Part shown: positions 1 through 12,296 of the stretch, piece after piece
How the letters are laid out: each line of letters opens with the position of its first letter
Position numbering within the stretch: position 1 is the first letter of the stretch
NCBI GenBank assembly: GCA_964304625.1
Contig: OZ199839.1
Coordinates: 2,564,258 to 2,628,257 of the forward strand
Source: Kudoa neothunni
Taxonomy: Eukaryota > Animalia > Cnidaria
Direction: 5' to 3'
DNA: 64,000 nt
The notes under the pieces: generated by a model
Databases searched by the model: none
Seen by the model: the letters and a program-made list of their open reading frames with translations, nothing else
Told to the model about the DNA's origin: nothing
Made by a program: the position numbers and the translations under genes

Positions 1-2603
1 GGACGACAGTTGACAGTTGTTACACCATTATTCATTTCATTTCATTTATTTATAATCAATTATATTTTTAAATATATTCAAATAGATTTAATTAGATAAT
101 TACTTTCACTATAATTAATTGATTCCTCATCTGAATTTCTATTGATTCATTCATTTTAAATTAAACATTTCTTTTTTGTGACTGTAATTATGTATTAATT
201 TACATATAAAAATATTTTTTCATGATTAAAATGTAGTAGTAGTTTATATAAAATGAAAATATATGATATTTTTATCATATTATATTTAGAGATGTTGTTT
301 ATTTGTTTAAATTTTCATTTTCAATTTACTGGTTTTACCTTTTATAGTAAATAATGAATAAAAGTCAATAATTCTATCTTTAAAATTGAATTATATACTT
401 AAGTAGATTTTTATACTTTAAATTAAAGTTGCGCCTAAAGCTACCACTTAGAGCGCATCCATACATCACTCTGTTTATTTTAAACACAAACTAAAGTTAT
501 TTAGAAACTACGGTAACTCTACATATTGATCTATTGTTTTATTATTACTGACGTTATTTTTCATTTTGAAGGCTCATTTTATTAATTCAACGAATTTACC
601 GTAAAAAATATATTTTTTAATCTAGCAATTATGACCAAATTCGATATATAAATTATTTTATCGAATTTTTATTCCATATTTGAATCGTAATGTTAAAAAT
701 ATATTGTTAAGTTATATTTCAGTATGTCAAATGCCACAATAAGGTTATTGATTTATTAACAATTTATCGAGAACCTATTTATTACTCTGAGAGAAATAAA
801 AGAAATAAATAGTCGGTAATAAATTTTTAGATAAAGACCACACAACAAAAAACAAGTAAAAATTCTTAAGAAATGGAGGGCCTAAAATGGGAATGAATAT
901 ATTATTTGGAGTTACCTTGAGGTAATAAATTTTAATTATAAATGCGACGAGTTATCACGCAAACCAATGCTGTTTTAAGAATAGAAAGAAAATGCGTGTA
1001 TAACTTATAAATTTGATTAATAATTGTGGTTTAAAACATTATAACCTATATGGGCTAAAAAATGTTACCGATTATAATTAATTCTTTTACAATTATTAAA
1101 AGCTTATTTTATAAATTTAAAAAATTTTATCAAGGAAAATTGCGAAGAAAACTTAACCGTTCGGTTATTAATCTCTGGTAATTTGAATCTATGAGGTTAA
1201 ATATTGTTCTCCAAATTTTGTCGAAACAAAGATGAATGCCTGTCTTTGATATCTTTAAAAATTATTTAATTTGTTTAACAATACCTAACACATTTTCAAA
1301 GTCTTGAGACATTAAAATGAATGAATAAACTGTAAATATATTTTTAAAATATTATTTATTATGGATATTACTAATGTGAATAATGTTAAATAGAAAAACT
1401 CACTACATATTTTAGGATAATTGAATTTATTTTTGCTATATTTCTTGATTAGTATTTATACTTTCAGTATAATATTTATTCCTGTTCGTTTATTAATTAT
1501 GAGTTCATTATTCATATGGAAATATTTGGTAATAAGAACATTACGATAATCCTTCATGAAAAATAAGGCAGGGGCCACGTATCGGTCACTAATGAACAGA
1601 AAAAAAAACATGATGAAAAGACTTATAACTCTCTAAATTACTAGAAATCAAAGTAGAGTTCACGAAATTCGGATTGCAACATTTTGCCCTCCAAAATGAC
1701 AAAAAACCTTTACGCAGTGTCTTCATTGATTAAATTTTTCCCATCGACTAAACCCCATTAAATTAAATATCCTTAAATTTAATTTATTTAAATTATATCA
1801 ATGTAAAATTATTAATAAATTTAAATGTGTTATTTTTTTACTAAAAATGTGGAAATAAAAGACTCGATTTGTCTAACGTATGCGAACTCTTCATGAAATG
1901 ATTCCAAATTAGACTATTAAACTACTGGTGAATATTTAACAGAATAGTTAATTTTTGAGCCAAAGTTTCACAAATACAAGATTTTATATATATATAATTT
2001 GGAACAATTCTAAATAATATCATAAAGAAAATCGGGGATTATTTTTACTTTAAATACGATAAAGAGTAGTTGTTTCTAAAAATATGGAATTTGAAAAATC
2101 TTCATATATCAATAATAGAGGTGTAATAATGTTTATTAAAATCTTCAGAATAATTATATTCTCAAAATTTTTTCGAAGGACGCTTATCCCAATAATAATA
2201 AGAAATCGATCGCAACCTATTAGACTATTTCTTGATATAAAAAGTGTATTATTATTATTGACAAAATTTATTTAATGTAGTTTCTTTACGATATGCATCA
2301 CATAATTATCTCATAAATGAGGGAAATGAGAATTAAAATTGTTTTTATTTCGCGCAGGCGCAATCGATATTTAGCAATATACTTAACCCAATTAATAATG
2401 TTTGCCTTATTTTATGCCTCAAATAATAAAATGTAACAAAATTAATTTAAAATTTCCGACAAAAATTTCAATTTTATAAATCTATCAAAAGTAATAATCA
2501 ATGTTTAAATTTATTCTTCCTTTTCTAAAGTAACGTATTTTCAATTAGAGTTAAAATAAGGTATATATTTAAAATTAAAATTTGACTTGGGAATCAAATA
2601 TGA

Positions 2604-5600
2604 ATGAATGAGGAAATAAACCACGTGGCAACGCCCATCAGCAAAATGCCACAATGGAAGCGTGTTAAAGTGAATGAAGAGGATATTGATGGTTTCATAG
2701 ACTTCGAAATGATGGTAGATAGTGGGGATGAAGAAGATGAAGGCGAATCGCTAGAAATGTCCGATGTTAGTGATGTGGAAACTAACATTCGCCAACCTCA
2801 GAACGAAACAGACTCCATCGATGTTAAAAAGGTATAAAATTTTAGCCGATTTTATTAATCATCATATTTAGAGTGATGTGACAGTTAGTAGTGACTCTGA
2901 GTGGTTTAAACTTGGATTGGATTCTGTTTTAGTTAATTCATTGGTTGGTAGTGGTTTTGAGTCGCCGTTACCCGTTCAACAGTTGACTCTTGTGAAAGCT
3001 GTTCACATGAGACATGATACTGTGGTTGCTGCTGAAACTGGTTCTGGAAAAACGCTCGCCTATGTTATTCCGATTCTTCATCAAATTCTATCCATCAGGA
3101 AATCTTCCATTGAAATCTCCGATCCAAAACAACGTTGTGTACGAGCTATTATTATGACGCCCACTAGAGAGTTGGCTTCACAAGTGCATTCTCAAATAAT
3201 GCAGTTATCAAAATCTTTGGACATTTATAGCATAGCTATTATTGGTGGCATTTCAGCTAGAAAACACGAACGTCTCCTCTCCAAACATCCTGAGATTATT
3301 GTTGCTACTCCCGGTAGATTATGGTCCTATTTGGATGTGACTAAAGATAACGCTGAACAAACGCAATCCCATCTATCCAACCTAAAAGGAATGAAAGTTT
3401 TTGTTGTGGACGAAGTTGACCGTATGGTGGAAAACGGTCATTATGACGAGTTGGAGAGAATCTGCGCTACGGTCAACAAAGTTCACAACATTAAAAAGTT
3501 TGTGTTATCAGCCACACTCCAAATTGATATAAATAATTCAGCCGATGGTTCTAAAAAAGTCAAGAGAAATAAAATATCTAAAGTCCACAGTAAATATATG
3601 TTCAAGCTAATTAAGTCTAATACAGGGTCGGTTATGCTGAATTTTTTCTATCTTAAATAATTCAGCAATATAATTTTATGACTTCCTCATTGCAGTTTAT
3701 AAATCTAATTTAAATTTCTTTTTATTGATTTAAATTTGTATTTTAATGGTAAAGGTTTTTTTAAATATTTTACCTTCAAAGTTGACGAAAAAGTCGTCGA
3801 ATTGATTATTTTTTTCTGGAACAATGATTACCCGGTGAATATATATATATATATATATATCACAAACTTTATTTCGTAGGTTTTTATTCAGTAATTATTA
3901 GGAATAATCAAACAAGTTAATTACCAAAAGATTACATAATTGTTAATTCTTAGATCTATTATTAATATTCATATATATATAATAATTATGCAGTATTTTT
4001 GTTAATTAAATATTATTGACCTAAAAAGTATTTAACATTTATTTTACTCGAAATAATAATAACTAAAATTATTTATGATAGAATTCTTTATTGAGAGCCT
4101 AAACTTACGATAAAGTCAAATTATAAGATTAAGAGTTGCTTCGTTGTGTGCGCCAGCAAAAATAGGGTTGAGTTATTCCATCCTTTCGTATATCAGCGAT
4201 CCACAAAAATCGTGTTGTATTTTATATATGTTAGCTTAAATGTGTTTGAAAAATTTAAAACTTTTTTGAGTAGTATAAATTAGTCACGTGATCCCGTTTA
4301 AAATTTAGTCCCTATCGTTTAATGAGAATGGAACTGTTATATTTTTTTGTATTGTTTCAATATGTTGATGCATTTTCACGCTCCATGTATATTTTTTTAT
4401 TGATTTAACAAATAAATTGAACTAAATTTAATTTTGAATGTTTTTATTGATTTTTCCACGATGTAATAAATATTATATCATCTCATATACTTGCTTGAAA
4501 TAAATATGACATAAACCTATTTTTTACACTGTTAAAATATCCCCATTCATATATTAAGATTGAAATTGGATAAAGATGTTTATTGATTAATTTAGAGTAT
4601 TATTTTGATTATTTTTGGCGTTAATATAACTTAGTTAAAATTCACACACGAAAAATGAAAATATCCATGTTTATCCACTTCACTTTTATTGTTGTGCACA
4701 CGCGCCTTTTTTATATTCTAACCAATCTTTTATTTATTTATTTTATTAATTATTTAACATAAATAAGGAGTAGTGTATTAATTATTTATACAGAGTATAT
4801 TTATTTTCAGTCATCAATTTTTATATTCATTTATATTATATTTTAATAATTATAATAAAATAAAAAAATTTCTGTTTTGGTTAATAAATAAATTTTATGA
4901 TAAAATATTGATTTTAGTCTATAAAATTTTAACAAGAAATCTATAAAATCCAATCTGTGTGTGCCCTTAAGTATTTATATTCTACATAAGGTAAAAATAA
5001 TAGAAAGACATTGATTTAACTTTTAAAGTTTTATTATTTTTCCAAAAATCTTTTTTATTATTGCAACTTCGAAAATTATCGAATCAATTAAAAATCACTG
5101 CTTATTGATTTAAAAATTGTTTAAATGGATTATTTGACTTCAACAATGAAATTAAAATTCACCCTTGTATACTAAAATCTTCTGTGTTAATTTAGCTGTT
5201 ATCAATCTATGTAGAGTAGTCGTTTGTATGCATGTGATTTTTGGAATGAGCTTATTAATTGTTATTTCGTTCATCAAATTTTTTTAAATTTTTTAAAAGG
5301 GTGGATTTTAAGCTACTTTATATTTTTATATTTCTTCTATATATTAAAACAGTATTTATACAATTTTTTCTTATTAGAATATGTCAAATCTCAAGTGATG
5401 CTGAATAGTTCACGCTAGTTTTATATAAATTAAAACACTTAATTTGGAGTTTTCAATTTATTTTTAAAATCCATAATTAAATGAGACGAATAAAATTCCG
5501 TATTCTCTTCTGGTTTAAAATAAAAATATGTGTTTTAAAATGCATTGAACGCCAGAAAATTATTTTTCTAATATAAATTCATAATATAATAAAAGATATT

Positions 5601-6613
5601 TTTAATGGCTTATAAATAAAATTCTTCTTTATTGAAAATAATAAGTAATATTTAATTGAGATTATTAATGTAAAATTTGTTGCAGCCCTTTTTTATTCGA
5701 ATTTAATAAAAAATAATAATCAAATTGTTAATAAATTAATTAGGCTGCCAACAAAAGATCATAGAAGAACTGAAAATCAATCTTGAAAAGGCCAATATAA
5801 TAGATATGAGTAAAAAAAATATGACACCGGACGCTCTGAAGGAGTATCGTGTGTTATGTGATGAGAATGAAAAAGAATTTTATTTGTATCAATTTCTGTC
5901 GGAGCATAGTTCTGAAAAAAATCTCGTATTTTTCAACAAAGTGGAAAGTGTTAAACGTATAGGAGCGTTGTTTGGCTACCTTAAAAAACAACCAATGTTA
6001 TTATACGGTAAACAAATGCAACGGAAAAGATTCGAAGCTGTGGAGAATTTCAACGCTAATAACGCACTTCTGTTCACGACTGATATAGCTGCTCGAGGAA
6101 TTGATTTCGCAAATGTGGATAATGTGATCCACTTTGATGTCCCCACTCAGTGGTGACTCATATGTTCATAGAAGCGGTAGAGCAGCTCGTTGTTTTAGAA
6201 AAGGATTATCATTGATTCTATTGACTGCTCCTGAAATTCACAAGTATCAAGAAATTCTGAAAAAGCTCAATAGAAACCAAACTGATCAAGTAATTTAATT
6301 TAAAATAATTATCACATAATTTGTTTAATATTTTTATTAGCAACTACCAAAATACGCATTTAAATGCGATCCTAACCTAGATCCAAAGGCCATAAAGTCG
6401 ACTATCAAATTGGCGCTTAAAATTGTTGATAATGATATTCTGATTGAGAAGAAAATAAAAAACAAAAGTTGGTTTAAAAAGCAAGCTAAAATGGCTGATA
6501 TTGATATCGATCCAGACTATTGTAAAGGAGTGCAAGATAACACAGTAGACCGATTGAAAGTTGAAAACAAAAAACTCAAAGTCCAACTTAATAAGACTTT
6601 AACTAGTATGTAG
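2604..6613 (+). CDS. DDX24: DEAD-box RNA helicase, DDX24/Mak5-like; 4 exons (about 2604-2831, 2872-3589, 5744-6289, 6341-6613), one apparent +1 frameshift near 6141
   Basis: Motifs AETGSGKT, PTRELA, ATPGRL, DEVD, SAT, TDIAARGID, and YVHRSGRAAR (shifted frame). N-terminal WKRVKV and C-terminal SWFKKQAKMADIDID resemble DDX24. GT-AG introns keep frame. Confidence 0.85.
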
Positions 6614-6727
6614 AAAATTATATTTTTGTATTATTTAAAAAAACAAATTTTCCAACAAATACAAACATATTAAAACAAAAAAATATTCATCAACACATGA
6701 AACTAATTGAAAAAGTAGATTTAGCTT

Positions 6728-6898
6728 TTAGTAGGTGCGACCCCGTTCCAGTTCTTCCAACTCTAGGATATTCATTTTAAAATAAACGAAAAAATACGAT
6801 TATTTTACCTTCGATGCAATATTTTACTTTGAGGGTGACAAATCCTTTAATAATAAACATAATAATTATATAATTTAAAACTGATTAACCACAACAAA

Positions 6899-6930
<32 letters not shown>

Positions 6931-7897
6931 TACTTTCACAGCTTGAGACAATATCTTTAACTTGGTCATGAGTGGCATGTTCCACATCCTACACAAGTGA
7001 AAATATAAATTAATTCAATAAATATAATACCACTCCATTTATTTGGATGATTTTATCTCCTCTTTTCAATTTTTTACAACTATAGAATAACTTAATATGA
7101 CATCTTTGAAATATTCTACTTAAAAGCGCTGGTCCCTTTCAATATTTTTGATATGTAGATAGGAGTGTTTAAGTGAGACCCTCCAATGATATTAAATCCC
7201 AGAGAATCGTCACCATTCTATTTTAAAATCCAATTTGACCAACCTAAAAATAATACTTACTTTTTCTACATGGATCAATCGGATATCTCTTTTATTGTAT
7301 ATTGAGTTCATTGATGAGTTGGGTTTGGATGATATTTCCTCATAGTAGCTTATTAGAAGGCTCGCGTAGTTACCTTTGGGAGTTGCTGGTTTCTTCATGG
7401 TGTAAGGAATTTGCGGAATTATTGGCGACGAAATTGGAGAACTATTTGTGTGGTTGCTGGTGAATTCAACTGATGTACTGGTTGATAATTTTGTAGTATC
7501 TTCTTCTAAAACAGTATCCATTTGATTATGTTCTTTGATGCTGAGGGTATTTTCAAGAAAAGATGTATTATGTGTTTGTTCAGGCTGTAGATTTGCATAT
7601 GCCTGTCATACCCTTAGTTAATTACCACAAAAACTTCACATTACTTGTGTGATAGTCTTAAACAAGTTAGAATCCATGATTTCTTTTATTTTCAATGCAC
7701 AAACCTTTACATCATTGTCTAAACCAACAATTTATTATGTCATATTTGATCCAACATGGGCCTCATTTAATTCGTTGTGAATTACCATGATTCCCCTCTA
7801 AAATACTGTTTATCTTGCATATAAATTTTTCCACCTCTAAATATAATACAGCTATTTTAATATAATTTTATTAGGACTGATAACTTGTGTTGATCAT
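6728..7897 (-). CDS. LIN7: Lin-7/Veli-like protein (L27-like N-terminus, S/T/P-rich linker, C-terminal PDZ); multi-exon
   Basis: Spliced translation gives SLGFNIIGGSHLNTPIYISKILKGTSAFNCKKLKRGDKIIQINGVDVEHATHDQVKDIV...FVTLKVKYCIEELEELE, matching the Lin-7 PDZ pattern. N-terminal IKEIMDSNLFKTITQAYANL resembles an L27 helix. Start codon uncertain. Confidence 0.65.
6905..6930. repeat. (TA)n microsatellite in a LIN7-like intron (others near 3839-3860, 29583-29606, 42008-42036)
   Basis: Direct reading of the sequence. Confidence 0.9.
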
Positions 7898-8196
7898 CCC
7901 AATTTCACAAGACAACTAAAACACACCTATCTTCTATCTCCACCTGCTAACAAAAACAGCGAATGACTATCCGACAACAATCTGTAAGTCACATAGGAAC
8001 TTAACGCGACAATGTTTGTTTCCCTGTTGTTACCTTGACAATTAAAAACTACCCGTCAACCCAAATAACGTTAAATTGAATTTTTTGTTAACTATTTCTC
8101 AAATTATGAACAAATGTCATTGACGAGCTAATTTAAAGACACAGCAATAAAAATAAATCAAACAATATATAGTTCGTAAGAGCTAGAATCGGGTTA

Positions 8197-8785
8197 TTAA
8201 TTTTCATGGACCGTCTCGTTAACCCATTGTAGATACTTTGGATTGCCGTCTATCACCTACAACAATTGATGACTTCAACAAATTAATCAAAATATACTAC
8301 CTCAGTAAAGATTATTTCTGGTACATCACAGTCATGCATTTTTCTAGATTTTTAATTAAAAGATAAATACTATTCAAAAAACTACAAAATTTGTTGTGTA
8401 ACTTGCGGGATCTTTTCTTTTGTAGTTTTTAATATCTTTAAAACAATAAAATGGCCGATCAGAATATAAACCAATATACAACTAAAACTTCTTCGTCCTC
8501 ATTTATTTTTCCCTCCCACACATATCTTTAAATAGGCAAATATAATAGAAAATAATGTTTAATCGTTAATTTTACATTGATACTACTTTAGGAATAATAT
8601 TTGAACATGCGACCAATTTCTGTTGAACCAAACTCCTAATTCGGTACAATTAAAGCGGTTTCAAATTAACTATAGGTTGTTCCTGTCTTTACATAACACT
8701 ACCTGCAACATTGTATGGCCCTATCATATTTAGGAAAAGTCACATGGGCAATAACCACCATGCTTTGAAGTAGAGGGCACGACAT
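8197..8785 (-). CDS. CUTA: CutA divalent-cation tolerance family protein; 6 exons, absent from the ORF track
   Basis: Spliced translation: MSCPLLQSMVVIAHVTFPKYDRAIQCCRSLVQQKLVACSNIIPKVVSIYVWEGKINEDEEVLVILKTTKEKIPQVTQQILKMHDCDVPEIIFTEVIDGNPKYLQWVNETVHEN*. Five GT-AG introns, all in frame. Confidence 0.9.
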
Positions 8786-8888
8786 TTTAGAGTGAGTTCG
8801 GTTTTTAATGGAATATCACACTAACGATAATAAACGAGTCTAACCGTTAATCTAAGTGCCATTTTATTCCCTCGTCACTATAACAACA
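8786..8888. promoter_or_regulatory. Probable bidirectional promoter between CutA and RRP8
   Basis: Divergent ATGs are only 103 bp apart. Confidence 0.55.
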
Positions 8889-9798
8889 ATGGGTAGCAAA
8901 AAACAAATAAAATTTTTAAAAAAGAATACCCGACCTAAAGTCGGCAAAAAACAACCGAAACGCTCACCCATCAACAACAATATCACATCTTCCCAATTTC
9001 GTTATATCAATCAACTCCTGTACACTTCAGACAGCCAATATTCGGAGAATTTGTTCAAAAATGATCCCAGCCTTTTTGATATTTATCACAATGGTTACAA
9101 TCAACAAATAAAACACTGGCCCACCAATCCTTTAGATGCGGTGATCGGTCGAATAAAATCTTTGTAACTGGATATGCGAGTTATCGTGATACATTTTTTA
9201 ATTCATTTGAAGAAATAAAAAAGACCTTGTTATTGCCGATATGGGATGTGGGCAAGCACGTTTAGCAACCGAATTAAACCATTATCAAATCCACTCGTTC
9301 GATTTGGTCGCTTCCAACTCAATGGTCATCGCGTGTGACATCAAGAATGTTATTTTTAAAATGTACAAACAGATTAATCTTTTAATAATGTTTAGGTTCC
9401 ACTTGAAGCTAATTCAGTTGATGTTGTGGTGTTTTGTCTCTCCTTAATGGGAACCAATTTAGGTGATTTCATAATGGAAGCCAATCGAATATTAAAAATG
9501 AAGTAGGAATTGATTGATCATTTTAAGTATGTCTAATAATGTATAATTTAGTGGCACATTGTTGATCGCTGAAGTGGCAAGCAGATTTCAAAATGTCTCT
9601 AATTTTACAACCTCTCTCAATCAATTGGGATTTAAATTGAATTTTAATGTAATTTTTGGAATAATTTTATATTTATTTTTTATTTAGAAAAACTTGTCAT
9701 CTCATTTTCTACTTTTTGAATTCAAAAAAATCATGCGACCAACTCCTAAAAAAGGATTAAAAATCTCTCTGATGCCCTGTTTGTACAAAAAGAGATGA
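8889..9798 (+). CDS. RRP8: rRNA adenine-N1 methyltransferase RRP8/nucleomethylin; 5 exons
   Basis: [60 protein letters not shown] and C-terminal PCLYKKR*; in-frame GT-AG introns. Confidence 0.92.
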
Positions 9799-12296
9799 TA
9801 AATAGCGTTGTGACTTGTTAGATAATAAAAAATTAGTTACTGTGCATATTTTTATCTTTACTGTGATGAGAGTATTTTTTGCTATTGAGTTCACAAAATA
9901 GTAAAAATATGTAATAATATTATTAAATGATTCCTTAGTCGGAGATACATATTTTGGAGCATACTAATTTATGATTTAAAATCACAAAAATCCATATGAT
10001 TAAATTATTTTGGAAGTAACAAATATTCAATAATATATTTTATGATTGTTTTAAAGGAACTAATATTCTCACAATAAGAGTATTTTTTGCTTATGTTTTT
10101 ATTTTCGTTCTTTTAATTTATACAGTAATGGATCAGTCGTACGTAATCCCCTTAGGGATGAGGAAATTGTACGTACTACCGGTTCCGGTCGGGAATAATA
10201 CGTACTTTTTTGGGCAAGCGCACGAAAAAATTTAAACAAAAAATTAGATATAATTTAAATAATATTGAAAAATCGGATTTTTTAAATGCGATTTAAAATT
10301 GAGCAAACATCCGAAGTAGAATCAAATATTAACTCCACTTCTTTGAGTCATGATGCTTAAAATAGTTGCGAAACTCTTCTAAATAAAATAGGACCATATT
10401 TGAAAAGTATAATTTTTTGAAAATAATATCTTCCGTTCCTGAAGATTCGGCGACTTCTCGCCAACAGGGATGACAGTTTCTTTCGTTCATTAGTATTTTG
10501 TGAAAATTTGGAGTCTTGCGAGTGAACATGAATTTACCATCCCCACCTTAGACTATTGGAGGATTCTAAATACCGACATCTAAGAAAGTTAATAACTCTG
10601 ACCAATAATTATGTGCAATATGAGATAATTATTGATTATTTTTAATTTCACACTACAATCGATCTTTTTAACAATTAAAAAAATTGTTTTTTCGCCTCTT
10701 TAATAAACTTTGATATTATAAAATTTCTGTAACCACATAAGTCATTGGCATTGGTTGTGGGAACTCTCTAATGAAATTGGCTTAAACCTGCGCTAGAATA
10801 TATATGGCGGAAATGGTAAAATAATTGATGATCTTGATAAAATGCTCAAAAAATAGTTTCGATCAAGATTGAAAACGACGTTATTTTTCTCCAACCATGA
10901 TTTAGCAATCACCCAAATTGCTCAGGGATAGATAAGATAATATCATTAACCACATTTCTCACTAAGAGTCGCTAACATAGCTATTCCGGCATTAAATTCG
11001 TTATTCAGTCAATAAATATAAGCTTTAATTTAAATACATTTTGCTTTTGAAATTAAATACAGATATTGTTTGTTTATATCCAATTAATTGTCTCTAAAAA
11101 CAAACACGTTCTTAAACGACCGATATATTTAGATTCCCTCAGAGCAAAGATCCATTCGGTCGAAAAAATTTAAAATTATGATTTCGTTCGTTTTTACTTG
11201 TAACAATCTTTGTTCGTGTGAACAAACACGAACGAAACTCATGAATTTGCCATTCTTGACCATTATGTGCATCAAGGAGAGATGAGGGACATTTCTGCAG
11301 TTCAATCAGATCTTACTTGTACCTGCAGCGAGAAATTCTCTTACAAACATTTCTAAATGAAAAAGGGTTTTAACTATTATATACTAAGTTCAACAATTTT
11401 AATTATGTGCTCGAATATTTGAATTTAAATCCATGGAAACTATCTCAGAATATCATTCAAGTTTTTAGAGATTTTAATGCTGATAGAGTACCAAATTCTT
11501 TTATTATCAGGGACAAAGTAAAATTTTATAGGATTGATGTTATTGTTTATTAAATAAAGAACCAGGCACAATGTTGTTTTTCCAACATATTCCTGATTAC
11601 AAATAAAATTGAGATTTTTTATTTAAGTAAAATTTATTGTTAGAAACAAGGATTTACAAAATAGAAATGAGTTGTATACTGCCATTATGGATATAACCAA
11701 TGAAATATCAATCGAACAATGCTCAGATTGCTTAAACAATTCTGAAATGTATTTTATTAGGTGTCTAAATTATGGTGTTATTTGAAATTAAGGATTTAAT
11801 ATATTTTCGTTAAAAATTGGTCTGAAATAATTGCATGTTGACCTGAAATCTCGTAGTGGCGCGTTAGTCGAAAGTTGATCTTTAAACACCGTAATTTTAA
11901 AAATTATAATACTAAATAGCGTGAAATGTTCAATTGTAATTGCTTGGATTTTTTGTATGTAATTTTCAAATTTTATCCTTCGATAATATTAATTTTTCAG
12001 TCACTATACGTTGAATTCTCAATAGTTTTGTTCCGAAGTATTAAAAAAAGATTGATTGAGGCTGAAATTGAAAAAAGCGCCATAGTAGTGAGATTTTATT
12101 TTTATCGCACCATGATAAATTGATATTTCTTGTACACAACTTTGCTCCTTTTTAAACACAGGTAACGTTCACTAAAATGGTATACCAACAAAGTTTTGTG
12201 AAGAAATTAAAAATATCCATTGATATCAATAAAATTATGAAATATAAAGATAGGAATGGAAAGGAGTAATATTTATAGCTAATTAACTTTCTAAGG

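Noticed and set aside
1-35. Possible start of a minus-strand gene (MNNGVTTVNCR...) running off the window edge
   Set aside because: Too short to support.
8636-8702. CutA intron 1 has G|GTAGTG...TATAG|TTAATT...AG, superficially a [D1,2] twin intron
   Set aside because: Ordinary one-step splicing keeps the CutA frame, while two-step splicing would break it.
2604-9798. Alternative genetic code or stop readthrough suggested by fragmented ORFs
   Set aside because: The breaks are explained by short GT-AG introns plus one homopolymer indel; TAA, TAG and TGA all act as true stops.
10120-11800. Coding-like, stop-ridden sequence, probably transposon relics
   Set aside because: No paired TIRs or diagnostic motif that I could identify.
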